Source: Antedon mediterranea
Taxonomy: Eukaryota > Animalia > Echinodermata
DNA: 64,000 bases
Direction: 5' to 3'
Assembly: GCF_964355755.1 (NCBI RefSeq)
Contig: NC_092671.1
Coordinates: 5,952,001 to 6,016,000 of the forward strand
Numbering within the stretch: position 1 is the first letter of the stretch; each line of letters begins with the position of its first letter. Positions 34,977 to 48,297 of the stretch are shown here, in pieces. The notes under the pieces are model-generated. The model had not been told where the DNA came from, ran no database searches, and was given only the letters and a program-made list of their open reading frames with translations. A program made the translations under genes and the position numbers.

Positions 34977-36605
34977 TTAGCGATACCAATACCATGTTTT
35001 CGGTCATCCTTATCCAATTTTGTAGTTGGTGGTTCAAATTTGTTCATACTATTTTGTCTTATGCAACGAACAAAGTTCAATTTTAATAGATCTTTCTAAT
35101 GTTAATTGCTACAGTATGCTCCCAGAATATTGAGATGGTAAATTGTGTAATAGCTAATATCAGATTTCCTCATTAAAATACATTGCATTCAATTTCATTA
35201 ACTGTAACTGTATTTCATTGTACAGTAACACAGAATGTCGTACCACGGTACTAATAATAGACAAATTATTTTTTTTTACTCATAATCATCATCTTCCTGT
35301 ACTGTGCAGAACCTTATTTGAGTATAGTCATACATAATGACTACTGTGGAAGAAAACAAATATGTGTATAGAATATTTATTTATATTGTATACTGTACAG
35401 TAGATCCATCTTTTAATTTCAAACCATTTAAAAATGTAAAATTTGTCAAAACATACTCATACCACGAATACAATTACAAAGAAAAATATATTCACACTAA
35501 AACACAAACGTGTTTATAATTTAAACCTAACACAAATAAGAAACTCGGTTCCCGCAGGGGTCTGGTTTAAATATTCATCATCAACAAAAATTACAACGAT
35601 GATTAACATAAACAATTTTTTATTGAATCTATTTTGATACCAATAAGAAAAATGTTATTTTATATTGAATTTCAATAAACAAATTAAATTGAAAAATAGA
35701 CTTATACTGTTTTACTAAATGTAATAATTTTTCCATTTTAATATTAACTGTAGTTTCATATCACAGCATTGAGTCTCCGATTTCCATCATATCGTCTTAG
35801 CAGCAGGGTTTACCTGTACTTTACTCTACAACGCCTCTGGCTACATACAACCAATGAAAGCATAACAACGAGAGGTATCCACGCTTATGGGCATTTCTCG
35901 TAAAGTGGTATTTTCAACATTTTTCCCGTCTTATATGTGAAAGATAATTGTAAAATGGCAATTCTACTTTCTCAAGGTTCAATCCGTTAGCACTGTGTTT
36001 ATTTGGTCGTCTTTAGTCAGATTGTATGTTTTTGTAGATAAATACATTCTATTTTTGTTTTATAAAATAGATTGTATTAAAACTTTTAGAGCTAACATAT
36101 AACTAATATACTGCATCATAGAAAATTTAGTACTGAGGTATGTTTAACATAAAATAGTCATACATGATGGTTGAGTGTTTTAAATTGGCAGCCACGGAAA
36201 GACCATAAACTGCCCAGCTATTTATATACCGGAAATTAATTATGTAAATAATAAACGATAAAGATGAGGAAATCTATGAGAATTAGATAAGCTGTCTCAA
36301 TTGAGATTCAAATCCAGAAATAGAATTGTTGGGTTATTTATACTTGTTTTATTTTTCCTCAATCTGTAAAATATTTTATGGCAGATTTGATGATTTTCAC
36401 AAGGACCAGACAGTAAATGTATCATACGTTAATGAAACAAAAATTCTACATTAATTGTTGCCATAGATCCTATTTCTCCTAACTTGAAATAATTATATTG
36501 GACTTCATCAACTACTGTATAGGTACTGTAATCCCTCCTTTAGGAAACCCACTATTAAAAAGGAAAGGGAATGTTCAGCCAACCCCTCTAGAGACATCCC
36601 TGTAA

Positions 36606-37259
36606 AGGGCAATTTACACAGACAAGCGGTAACGGTAAGCATGCTTTTCCACAAAGAATCTGTACCATAAATCTTTTAATTGTAACCCTGGGTTATTATT
36701 CTTTGATTGTTTTTTAGGGTGGGTTACTATTAGAAGGGGGGTTACAGTACATGTACTATTAGAGTAGTGGGTTACTAGTAGTAATCTTAAATAGGCACCT
36801 GAAAATAGTAAACCAATCCCCAACTTTTCTGGTCACCAACTCATAGCAAAATAATAAAACAGTACGAATAAACAAATTTGTTTGAACTCTAACTTTTTTT
36901 TATAAACTCAAAAACACTCAATCCTCCCCCACTCTCGAGATCAACATGCATTATCTCCTTATTTTCAAAATATGGCTACATCATAAGTTTTTGTGACTCT
37001 ACAGTAATAGTAACCCCCATGGGTTTGAGTAGTGGGTTATTATTATACTGCAGATTGACTTATTTATAAAGATGGGTTACTATTAGATTGTGGGTTACTA
37101 TTAGAAGATTTACGGTATCCTGATTGGGTTTCCGCTTTTCCTGCCTGTCTGCGTTTTGTATATGTGGTCATAAGAAATAACGTAGATTCTATATTTTTGT
37201 TTTCAGTTTACCACTTACCGTTACCGTTCCCGCTCGTCTATTCAATTGTAAATTGGCCT
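36606..37259. mobile_element. Harbinger-type MITE family B, interrupted by a nested Tc2-like MITE
   Basis: AGGGCAATTTACACAGAC...TGTAAATTGGCCT ends; uninterrupted paralog at 56981-57168. Confidence 0.7.
36665..37115. mobile_element. Tc2/pogo-like MITE, TA TSD
   Basis: TIRs CCATAAATCTTTTAATTGTAACCC / CCGTAAATCTTCTAATAGTAACCC; internal TGGGTTACTATTAGA repeats. Confidence 0.7.
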
Positions 37260-38304
37260 TTAGTTTATTAGGAGAAACTTTTACCGTTACCGATTGTCTG
37301 AGGAGACACTTTTTTAGGTTCTGAAGTCTACGATATTGTACAATTTATCTTTTTAAATGCCAGCTCATTGCAAATGTTGAAATGGTTAAAAACTGTTTTC
37401 TGATTTCTACGTAATTATTATACATTATGCTTGCATACAGCTGTATGTGTCTGAAATTGAACATTTAACAGCTAACCATGCACAACATGTATAAAACGCC
37501 TTTCAAATCTGTTAGCAATTGATGCCTAGACATTTTAATTTATTCATAGGCATTTTTTCACACAAGATGTGAAAATATACCTAAAGCATTGAATTTTCTA
37601 GTGTTTTAGGGCTATTTTAGTAAGTCAAAGAAATTTGGCATAATATTTGCTATGGTAGTCCAAAACTGGACAGCTACAGTAGGAAACATGAATTATAATA
37701 ATTTTTTTATCAATTAAAAAAGCACAACAGCATAATCAGTTTTTTTTATATTTATTTCTGATCTTCTAACAATGAAAATGAAAATTTACAACTTCCCTGT
37801 AATTTTGATATCTCTATTCCTTATTGTATTAAAAAATTAATTGAGAAAATTAACTAATATAATGTTTAGTGCCGCATGCCTCATCTAGAGTCAAATTTAT
37901 TCTTCCCCTTCCTATCATCTGTCGTCATTATTCATTTTAAATAGACTATTTACTATACATACACGCAAATTTGATGAATATTAATGGTAGGAAAGTTTAA
38001 AATAGTTTCCAAATAAATATTGATTATAGACTGTCTAGACTCAGATTAGAATTGTTGTCTCAGCCTGCCTGATACTTAGTACCAAACCCTCTCCTCCTTT
38101 CACCCCCAGCCCAGAACATAATTTGGGTTGGGTTAAAAAAAAAGTGGAGATGATTGGAGGGAGAACTTACTGTACTTGGTATATTATAACAATAAATGGA
38201 CTGTACTGTATGCAGACAGAAAATTCAATGGTAACAATATGAAATGATGGAAATAAACAATTATTTATGCATTAAAATTAATTTTAATTTGTTTAAATCT
38301 CTTC

Positions 38305-38450
38305 CACTATCACACTTTATGTGACAAAACAATGTGATGTGCCCATGGACATGATGATTTCATATCACTACCATATTTAAGCATATCACTACCATATTTG
38401 AGAACATCACACTTTTTTTGTCAAACTAGTTTGATAGTGTAGACAAAGCT
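38305..38450. mobile_element. MITE family A copy
   Basis: Right TIR intact, left TIR eroded. Confidence 0.8.
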
Positions 38451-38602
38451 TAAAAGGGAGGGGGTGGTAAACGTTGAATTCCATACCTGGGGAGAAAACA
38501 TTCAATACTATACTGAGGGAGGAACGGGGGAGATCACTTCCAAATGTCTTACTGTATTTTGTGAGAGAGGAGTGGGATGAGGATAGAGACAAAGACTCGT
38601 GC

Positions 38603-38677
38603 TATATAAACACTATTGTAATGTCATTAAAGTTCATATTTTCTGTTTTTATAATTCTTTACAAAAGAATGGTGAGT
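38603..38677 (+). promoter_or_regulatory. TATA box + Inr + short first exon ending in ATG|gtgagt (candidate alternative promoter)
   Basis: TATATAAA at 38603, TCATATT at 38634, ATG at 38669-38671 followed directly by GTGAGT. Confidence 0.4.
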
Positions 38678-40186
38678 CATTCTTTACATTCGACACTAAT
38701 AAAATTTATGAATTCTGAATATGTCTTCCTATCTCTAGTAATTCTCCCGAGAAATTGTAAACTTGTAAAAACGTAAATATTTTATAACAAGAAGTGTATC
38801 CATCCTGTAGATTTATAATGTTCAAATTTGTTTTTTAAAATAATAATTGAAAATTAGCTATTGTATTTTTTAATTAAGCGATGGAATGTGATTTTTGTCT
38901 TACCTTATGCTGTCGTAAATGTAATTTCGACAAAATAAATTGTGTAAAGATATTGGGTTCTTATATTCAGGAGAGTCAAAAATGTTTATAAAATAACACA
39001 AATAACGCTTAAGTTTAATGTTTGTGCCTAGATTACCTGGATAAGCTGACATTGGCCTACTACTCGATTATATAATATTTTTATTAAACTCAGATAATGC
39101 TACAGTACATTCCACTTGTGGATTGTGTAATCTTGGTAAGTACAAGCTGGAAAATTCTCCACACAAACTAAGACAAACATAGAAATGATGATGGGTTCTT
39201 CATCCCTACCCCACCCCACCCCCTCCTTTTCAAATTATGTCCTTTTCCCCCTCTAAATCCGCATATACTGTAATTGTGCTTTGTAATTTATTATAGATTA
39301 AAAATAAGAAAAAAAAAACATTCCACTGTATGATTATATTTACTAATGATTTCACGTCCATTTATGGCTTAGACAATAAGGCATTTTTTTAATGTAATGG
39401 TTCAAACTATCATTATCTCCTGGATGTCTTTGTCTAGTGGACTGACTGTCCTTGAGACCTAATCCACCAGACCGTCTCCCATTAATGATGTAAGCTGCTC
39501 TCCCCATTATAATAATGCACGCTGCTTAATTATGAAATTTTCTTTTTAGAAACTGAAAAAAAATTTTATTCAAAGAAGTTGTTTGCATTTCATTTGTTTT
39601 TATGTGTGAATAGTGGACTTTATATTTGCTGTAAATTTATGTCATGGTAACTTTACTCTACTTTAATATACCACCATGGAGGTATACAGTATACTGTACG
39701 TACAGTAAGGTGTAAAGTACAGTAAGTCTATATACTGTACCATTACGAAGAACATTTAAAGGAAGGTGATAAATGGTCATTTTGTCAGGGTAAAGTACTG
39801 TTTCCTATGGTATTTTGGTCAGGGAAAGATTTAGGCGGGGGGGGGGGGGGGGATAAACAGGGTTTAGCCCCCCCCCCTATCCCCACCTAAAATTTAGCAG
39901 CCATGTCTTTTTGAAATAAAATAATTATATTTTTACTTTTTCTGCAGCCCGATGGATCGTTTTTATCATATATGAAATATTTATCCCCTCCCCCTAATCT
40001 ATAATGTTGGATTAGCCCCTGTTGGTCACAAGATCAAATACGTTTTAGTAATACTAATAATAAGGTACAACAAGAAAAAAAAACCAAACCTACAGTATCT
40101 GCACATCCACGTTAACCTTCAATGGTGAAACATATTTTCCTTCAGGTTGTTAAATGTTCAAAGTTGCTGGTCTGAACATCTCTAAT

Positions 40187-40445
40187 TACGTAGCCATAAC
40201 ATCGGCATGGGTTCGAGGCTCACTCACTCCATGGTTTTGGTGATAGAACGAGTCTTCTCGGATAAGGACTATAAACCGTAGGTCCAGTGTACACATCTAG
40301 CTCGTGTGCACTTTAAAGAACCTAGTACATTTTTTGAGACGAGTAGGGGCTTAACCCCGGTGTATTAGAACATCACAGCCACTGATCATAACTGGGCCCT
40401 CTAGGAGACCAGTCTTTGACTGAAGAGGTTACCCAGTATAAATAT
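40187..40445 (+). mobile_element. SINE with a Deu/Nin-like central domain
   Basis: GGTTCGAG B box; CGGATAAGGACTATAAACCGTAGGTCC...TTAAAGAACC...GAGTAGGGG resembles the recalled DeuSINE/AmnSINE core; second copy at 43883. Confidence 0.7.
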
Positions 40446-41127
40446 ATATTTCAATCAATCAATTCTACCAGCCTTGTCCACCCACTGTACACAGCATCCA
40501 TTTCAATATTTGGGATTGTTTTTATATTGACATTGACAAGTGTGGTTTGTGGTTTTGTAAGTAATATGTTTAGTAGTGTTATTTTTATGTCAATATGGAA
40601 GAAAGTTGTCCAGTACACCAGGATGTTCATGATATTCTTCGCAAACATTCACAATGTTATTATTCATACACAAAATTACTCACTGTGTTTACAATATTTT
40701 GTTCGATATTCAGGTAGATATTCAAAGCCCAGAAATTTTTCTTTGCCGAAAAATTTATATCATACTTTTTACTATACCACCAGCCAAATAGATTGGAAAA
40801 GGAATATAGTTAATATAACACAAAATAAAGATATTCTCAAGTTATTCATCTATTGTTATCCATTGTTGTTTTTTTATGTAAATTATTTTCACTGTTACAG
40901 TGTATTGTTAGGCTGTCTACATTGCTTATTTATTATTTACGATTCTTAGTGTACTTCTCTTTGTTTGCATCAATTACTTATTTTCAATTGACTTGACAAC
41001 TGAATCATTATTTGTCTTGTCTTTTATGTTATTTGTATAAAACATATTTTCCAAATGATATTTAAGTACTTTATAGTAATTCATAATACTACAGTACATG
41101 GATTTTTATTAAATCTCTCAGCTTCTC

Positions 41128-42410
41128 TCCACATTCCCCATCCCCACACATTCCTTATTCCCAGGCTACTGTACACATTTCCCATTCTCACACATTCCCC
41201 ATCCCCACACATTCCCCATCCCCAATCATTTACCATCCCCACATATTCTCCATCCCCACACATTCCCCATCCCCACACATTCCTTATTCCCAGGCTACTG
41301 TACACATTCCCCATTCCCACACATTCCCCATCCCCACACATTTCCCATCCCCAATCATTCCCCATCCCCAATCATTCCCCATCCCCAATCATTCCCCATC
41401 CCCAATCATTTACCATCCCCACACATTCTCCATCCCCACACATTCCCCATCCCCACACATTCCTTATTCCCAGGCTACTGTACACATTCCCCATTCCCAC
41501 ACATTCCCCATCCCCACACATTTCCCATCCCCAATCATTCCCCATCCCCAATCATTCCCCATCCCCAATCATTCCCCATCCCCAATCATTCCCCATCCCC
41601 AATCATTTACCATCCCCACGCATCATTCCGTATCCCACACATTATTCCTTACCGCTGCACATTTCGAACCTCTACACATTCCTCACTCCTCCACATTTCC
41701 CATCCCCACATGCCATTCCCCATCCCCTACACATTTCCTCACCCCTACAGATTCCCTACCCCTACACATTTCCCATATCCACACGGCATTCCTGACCCCT
41801 ACACATTCCCCATCCTCACACCTTCTCCACCCCTACACATTCTCATCCTCACTCCTCCTTCACCCCTAGACATTCTCCATCCTCACACCTTTTACACCCT
41901 TATACATTTCTCACACCTTATCCACCCCTACACATTCTCATCCTCACTCCTCCTTCACCCCTAGACATTCTCCATCCTCACACCTTTTACACCCTTATAC
42001 ATTTCTCACACCTTATCCACCTGTACACATTCTCATCCTCACTCCTCCTTCACCCCTAGACATTCTCCATCCTTACACCTTTTACACCCTTATACATTTC
42101 TCACACCTTATCCACCCGTACACATTCTCATCCTCACCTTCTCACCCGTACACATTCTCCATCCTCACACCTTCTCCACCCCTACACATTCTCATCCTCA
42201 CCTTCTCATCCCTACACATTCTCATCCTCACCTTCTCACCCGTAAACATTCTCATCCTCACCTTATCCACCCGGACACATTCTCATCCTCACCTTCTCAC
42301 CCGTACACATTCTCCATCCTCACACCTTCTCCACCCCCTACACATTCTCATCCTCACCTTCTCACCCGTAAACATTCTCATCCTCACCTTCTCCACCCCT
42401 ACACATTCTC
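41128..42410. repeat. C-rich minisatellite (CACATTCCCCATCCCCA-like) with higher-order structure
   Basis: ~18-bp units; block 41221-41400 is nearly repeated at 41401-41580; drifts to CACATTCTCATCCTCACCTT-type units distally. Confidence 0.92.
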
Positions 42411-43164
42411 TATTGTACATCCATCCGTATGAATTATGCAAGGTATAGCATCGTGCTTTTTTATTCATTATTATGCTGATTAAGGAGATACATTTTCTAT
42501 TATCTTGCTCCCTCCTTAGCCTAAGGGGGATATTTATTCAAAATGGCAATATTGCTCAAAAATTAAATTTCTTTCAAGAATATAATCCCTTGAAAATGTA
42601 CAGAATTTCAAACTTCAGTTAATATCTTTAGTGCGCTTTTAAATCCATAAATAAGACGGAAAGGATCGGAACATCCAATCGGAAATTATATAATTCGCAG
42701 TGACGCCCCTTCAGTATTGACCAACGTGCAGTATGTTTGACAGACATAGTTATTCAAACTTCTATTCCCAATGTAACAATCGTTTCCTTTGTGATTTTTA
42801 GAGTGATCGTTGGATTTTATAAACAAAATTGAAACTAGGTCAAAATTTACTAAAGTTGTCTGAATGCATTTGTAAAGGCAATCCAATTATTATGTATCCC
42901 AATGCTACAAATATAATAACAAATAGCAATACAAAGGCAAATGACTGAAAAAATGACAATGGTTTGGTATCAGTGGTTAGATCTCAATGGAGATACAAAA
43001 TAAAATATTAAAGCAGAAAGCTAAATCAAAATGATAAAGTAAAACAGCCAGAAAAATTAGCAGAGCTTTCGGGCAACACTAGCTAGTGATATAATGAATA
43101 TCATGCAATTTATACTATAATGTCCAGTTCACATAGTCTTTTTGCACAAGGTTTTGGAATATCT

Positions 43165-43285
43165 GAGAATAGAGATGTCCACTGAATAGAGATGTCTCCT
43201 GAATAGAGATGTCCCCTGAATAAAGATGTCCCCTGACTAGAGATGTTCTCTGACTAGGGATGTCACAAAGGAGGCTTCTATTGTA
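43165..43285. repeat. 17-bp repeat (CCTGAATAGAGATGTCC) array, MITE-subterminal type
   Basis: Same unit family as 58410-59850. Confidence 0.7.
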
Positions 43286-43882
43286 TTCATATTATCTACA
43301 GTATTAATCTATCATTTTCACTACAGTGTGCTCACTGGCTTCTGTTTATTTCAAGCTATTTCTCAATAGCCAAAGCCACTATACAACATACTTTAATGTA
43401 AACATTTTTTTTACTTCGTCACTTTGTTATGCTTTGTAAATTTACAGTAGTCTCGTGGAATTTGATGGTTGAACTAGATTTCTACTTCAGGTTATGTAAA
43501 TTGGCCTAGATAATCACAAATAAAATTGTTATACATTTCATATTGTAGTTTTTAGCAGTAATTTTTACTAGAAACACAGGTTGGATGCTACTTATTCCTA
43601 AATTATTTAAATTCATTTGGTATTTATAATACAAAAACACCTTGTTCGATTGACTGCAGAACAATTTATATTAAGTCTGTAGTTACAGTACATCTGTTTT
43701 GACTATTCACATGTTTCAACTCACAAATAACACAGTACAGTAGGAGGCGTATCATTTCACCACTTTCCCATGAAAATATTATTTTATCCTACTTGGTCAC
43801 TCAATGCATTGTATACCGTATGTCCATTATCATAGGAAAATTCTATAATATAGTGTCACATATTAAGACAGTGGAACCGTAA

Positions 43883-44192
43883 TACGTAGCCATAACATCG
43901 GCAAGGGTTCGAGCTCACTCGCTCCATGGTTCTGGTGGTACTGTAGAACGAGTCTTCTCGGATAAGGACTATAAACGGTAGGTCCAGTGTACACATTTGG
44001 TTCATTAGCACTTTAAAGAACCTAGTACATCTTTCGAGACAAGTAGGGGGTTATCCAGGTGTACTAGTTCAAACACAGCCACTGTCACAAACTCATCATA
44101 TTACTATACACTGGGCCCTCTGGGAGAACAGTCTTTGACTGAAGAGGCTACCTAGTAGTATAAAGAATAAATAAATAATAAATAAATAAATA
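43883..44192 (+). mobile_element. SINE with a Deu/Nin-like domain, second copy, (AATA)n tail
   Basis: Colinear with the 40187 copy. Confidence 0.7.
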
Positions 44193-46468
44193 TTTATCAC
44201 ATGTGGCACCTTTAGCAAGTTAGGGTTATGACCATGTATGACACGACAAAATGTAGCACTGGACCAATTATAACATTACCGAATCAGCTACCCTACCCCT
44301 TATTTTGGCCAGGTGATTCAATTCAAGATTGGTCTACATACAGATTAAATTTGTTGGTATGTTTTGTAAGTCTTTGCTAGTTGAACTTTGAACGCCTTTA
44401 GGCCATAATAATCATTTTGCAATGTGCATTATGAATGAACTTCCTTGGTCAAAGATTAAGACCAGCCAATGGGTTTCTATTTTTAACATATACATAAAAG
44501 CAATCAGTAGGATTTTCGACCTTGAATTTGTGAGAAAATGTAGTTCATTGTGAAAGCTTAAAAGATTTAAAATGCTAAAAATAAATGAATTACGGTACTA
44601 TAAAATGGAAAATGTTAGATATAAATATTAACTGGTTTTTTTTTCACCACATTCACACATTTTGTAAAATCACTGAAGCTTTCCTTCCAAATTTCATCAT
44701 TTACTTTTCTTTATTTTTCAACAGATTTGGTTCATCTTTACTTAAATAATTAGAAGTCTTCTCAAGTTTCCTACTAAAATATTTGGATGAGAATCTAATT
44801 GGGTAGGTACAGTGTTACACCCTTTACCGTGGGTCTATACATGTATAAAGTTGGGAAACACACTACAATCACATCTGGAATACTTGGAAGTTGCACCTGT
44901 GATAGGGATCAAAGAACACAATTTAGATAGGGTGGAAAGGAGGGTTTTAGTATACCTTGCTCTGTCTACCCTCACCTTGTATTACGATCTGAGTTAAATT
45001 AAGCAATGTCAATATGCAGGATTTTCAAGCACGAAAAGACTGTTTTCGCACTTGTGTCAAAACAAAGGGTAATATCCTCTTTCTTTCAAGAATCATTCTG
45101 CGCACGTTCCTACTGTACGCATTTATGCAGAATGACTTCAAAAGAATCAACTATACAGTTTTTATTAAGACATTATATTAAGTCAACTCTGCAATAAGAT
45201 TCAGAGAATTTCAACATTCATGTATATTTTCATCTTGTTTGTTGCTGGTATTATCATTGTGTTTTAAAACCTTTTAGTATTCAAAGCAGAGTGTTTGTAA
45301 AAACATGATTAATATACCCTAGCTTGTGTTATTCCAGCTTGTGTTATAAACTATAGAGGGAGCTGTTTTCATTTTTGTTGCTTAGAAAGTCTTGACTTGA
45401 TTGCATTCGAAAGTGAGATTTAATATACAGTATTCCCTATTTGTTGATGATTTCATTTTGGATCATTTTTGAAATACAGTATTGGAATAATTTACATATT
45501 TCCTATTTTAGACCCAAAATATATTTGTTAAATGTGAACAAAGGCCATCTACATTTTTTCAAAACTTTTAAACTTTAATTAAAAAATATATTTTTGTATG
45601 TATTTTGCCGATTTCTTCATAAACATTTTTAATTTTTTATGACTATATTACTTACTGTACCTAACAGTATTAATGGTTTGTTAATTTGTATGTTTGTTTT
45701 TAAATTAAAATAATTTTACCCACAATTAGTTTGATTTTCCATTTGCTCAATGTTGGTAAATTATATATAAAGATAGAAAAACATTTTATTTTTTTTATTA
45801 AAAAATTTAAAATACATTTTTTAGTTAGATTTAAATTTAAATAAATAAAAATAATAGCTTTTAAAAATGCAGATAGTGCAGTATTTAAAGAATCCTGAGC
45901 TGTATCTGTAAGCTCTTGAAAGAATACACTTGAAATAATATCAATGACATAATCTTCTTGTCTCTATAGCCTACTATGATATAAAGTCAAGCTTTAACAT
46001 TTCACCTTATGAACTTATCAATCATTCTTCTATTCTGTGTGTGTAATATGCAATGTATATCATCAGCCTTTGGAAATTATTGTTTTATAGAGTAAATAAT
46101 ATTTATATTTTCATGTAAAGCAAATGCATTATATATAAATTAGTGGAGAGAATTTTTATTTTTTGTTAATCCAATTGATTGAAAAGAAATATGTAAAAAT
46201 GGTACAACGTTTTGTAAACATTCCGTTTTTTAAATTGACCTTGATAAAGAAACTAAAAAAAAACAGTTTGCTTTCTCAAGATTATGAATTTGTGGCGGAC
46301 TCTTCCTTCACAGCATTATTACTTTTGTAATTAGAATTTTATGAATATATGAGTATCAAAGGAGACGCAACAGATACAAACATTTTATCCACAAAATGCA
46401 AAATGCTTGTGAATGTCTGTGAATAGTGACCTAAAGTGGTATTAATATAACTATACCGGTAGTAACAA

Positions 46469-46528
46469 AGCTCTGTCTACACTATCACACTTTTTTTGTC
46501 AAACTAGTTTGGTAGTGTAGACAGAGCT
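46469..46528. mobile_element. Minimal 60-bp MITE family A copy (internally deleted)
   Basis: Both TIRs, nearly abutting. Confidence 0.8.
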
Positions 46529-46855
46529 TTACTCCATAGGATCTGAGAATCACTACGTAAACATAAGCTTGCTAAATCCCTTGTGTATTGTAGGCCCTAT
46601 AGAATTTAATTAGAGGCAGGCCCTGTGTCTACTGAAGTAATACAGCAAAAATTAAAGCTTAAATTAATAGGATAATTTCCTTACACAATACTGATTATTT
46701 GTCTGTTAATAACATGAGTGTGTTTGTTGACTAAGATCTCTATTGACTAAAATGTGCCTACTGCTAGTGACACAGCATTTGTAATGACCAAACCTTTTCT
46801 TGATGTTTGTTAGCCTATAATTGTACTGCAGCAGCATAGAAACTTAGTGTAATGT

Positions 46856-47330
46856 AATTCAATTCAATTCAATTTCTTTTTATTTCGGAAATACATCCAT
46901 ATTAATAAACTTATTAACAGAAAAAGACAAATCTAAACTTAAGTATAAAGAATGCTTCTCCATCTACAATACATTTTGGAGTTATGGAGCATATGTTTGC
47001 AAACACAAGCAACAAGGATGTTACCACTATTCAACATAAGTTCCATGAAACCATAGGTAGATTTTCGCATGTACTCATTAAAGGAAGGGACACCATGTTC
47101 AATAAACATTGCACTGGCACTACTACTTCTAGAGACATTAAGTATACGGCGCAGAGCATTAAGAGATCTAATATTCTTCATACGATAGTTACACCAAAGG
47201 GCTGCACAATACGTATTAATACAGTAAGATCTAAAGAGACAACATTTAACATTGGTAGAGCATTTCATAAATTTACGATTGAGTGAGTTGCTTCTAATAC
47301 ACAAAGACCTGTACTGACTTTGAATCACAG
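46856..47330 (-). mobile_element. Non-LTR retrotransposon 3' fragment (clade uncertain, Proto2/RTE-X-like)
   Basis: ORF 46939..47328 (RSNSLNRKF..CS.NVKCCLFRSYC...YCAALW, SASAMF..GVPSF) is typical of a LINE RT C-terminal region; AATAAA and (TTGAA)n tail. Confidence 0.75.
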
Positions 47331-47395
47331 GGTCAAGTCCTATTATCTAAAGATCTGTAAAGGAACAGTATAATTGCAAGGTCACTATTGACTAA

Positions 47396-47915
47396 GACCC
47401 CATTTACACTTCAGCTTTTAGCGAGCCCGAGGCCGGCTCCGAGCCAAAAGTGCACAAGTGTAAACACTCTGGGAACAACCGAGCCGGCCTCGAGCCGGCT
47501 CAATTTTGAGCCTAGTCTAGAGTAGGCTTCGGGCCGGCAATTGCGGGCTTCGGGCCGGCACTTCGTATAGTGTAAACACTCGCGGTCATAAAATGAACGT
47601 TCTGGGTCAACTATAGCTTTAAGTTTACGAAACTTATTGCTGATGAATCGGAAATTCTTCATTGAAATTAAATTGGTGAAGATGTATACGCCTTTTTCAC
47701 GAAACGAAGACATCTTCGATCTATGACAAACAATGCCGTGCAACGAAGCGTAACCAACAGAAATAACATAGCGTTTTCAGGGGAGTTCAGGACACCATGC
47801 GGCGCCTATGCTTATAAACTGTGGTGTTTTTTCGATGGACTTAAGAAGTGAAAAAAAAAAATTATAATTTTGTTTAATCACACAGTTATATAGGCTAATC
47901 TTTAAAGAACATTTT
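47396..47915. mobile_element. Truncated Harbinger-like element inserted at TAA in a tandem repeat
   Basis: TAA|GACCCCATTTACACT end; GC-rich subterminal GAGCCGGC repeats and internal AGTGTAAAC; other end not seen. Confidence 0.55.
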
Positions 47916-47917
47916 AC

Positions 47918-48297
47918 ATATCAAAGGAACAGTATAATTGCAGGGTCTCTATTGACTAAGATATATGTCCCCACTGTCATCCAAATATCAAAGGGACAGT
48001 GTAATTGCAAGGTCTCTATTAACTAATGATCTATGTCCCCACTGTCATCCAAATATCAAAGGAACAGTATAATTGCAGGGTCTCTATTGACTAATGATCT
48101 ATGTCCCCACTGTCATCCAAATATCAAAGGAACAGTATAATTGCATGGTCTCTATTGACTAATGATCTATGTCCCCACTGTCATCCAAATATCAAAGGGA
48201 CAGTGTAATTGCAGGGTCTCTATTGACTAAGATCTACCGTATGTCCCCACTATCATCCAAGTAGCAAAGGGACATTGTTATTGGTGGGTCTCTATTA
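47918..48297. repeat. 67-68-bp tandem repeat, ~5.5 units
   Basis: ATATCAAAGGAACAGTATAATTGC...GTCCCCACTGTCATCCAA units at 47918, 47985, 48053, 48121, 48189. Confidence 0.92.

Noticed and set aside
40416-40949. 177-aa hydrophobic ORF
   Set aside because: It starts within a SINE at a non-ATG codon, has the composition of AT-rich non-coding DNA and shows no motifs.
41055-41964. Pro/His-rich 246-aa ORF resembling an extensin
   Set aside because: Arises from a C-rich minisatellite that lacks stops in several frames.
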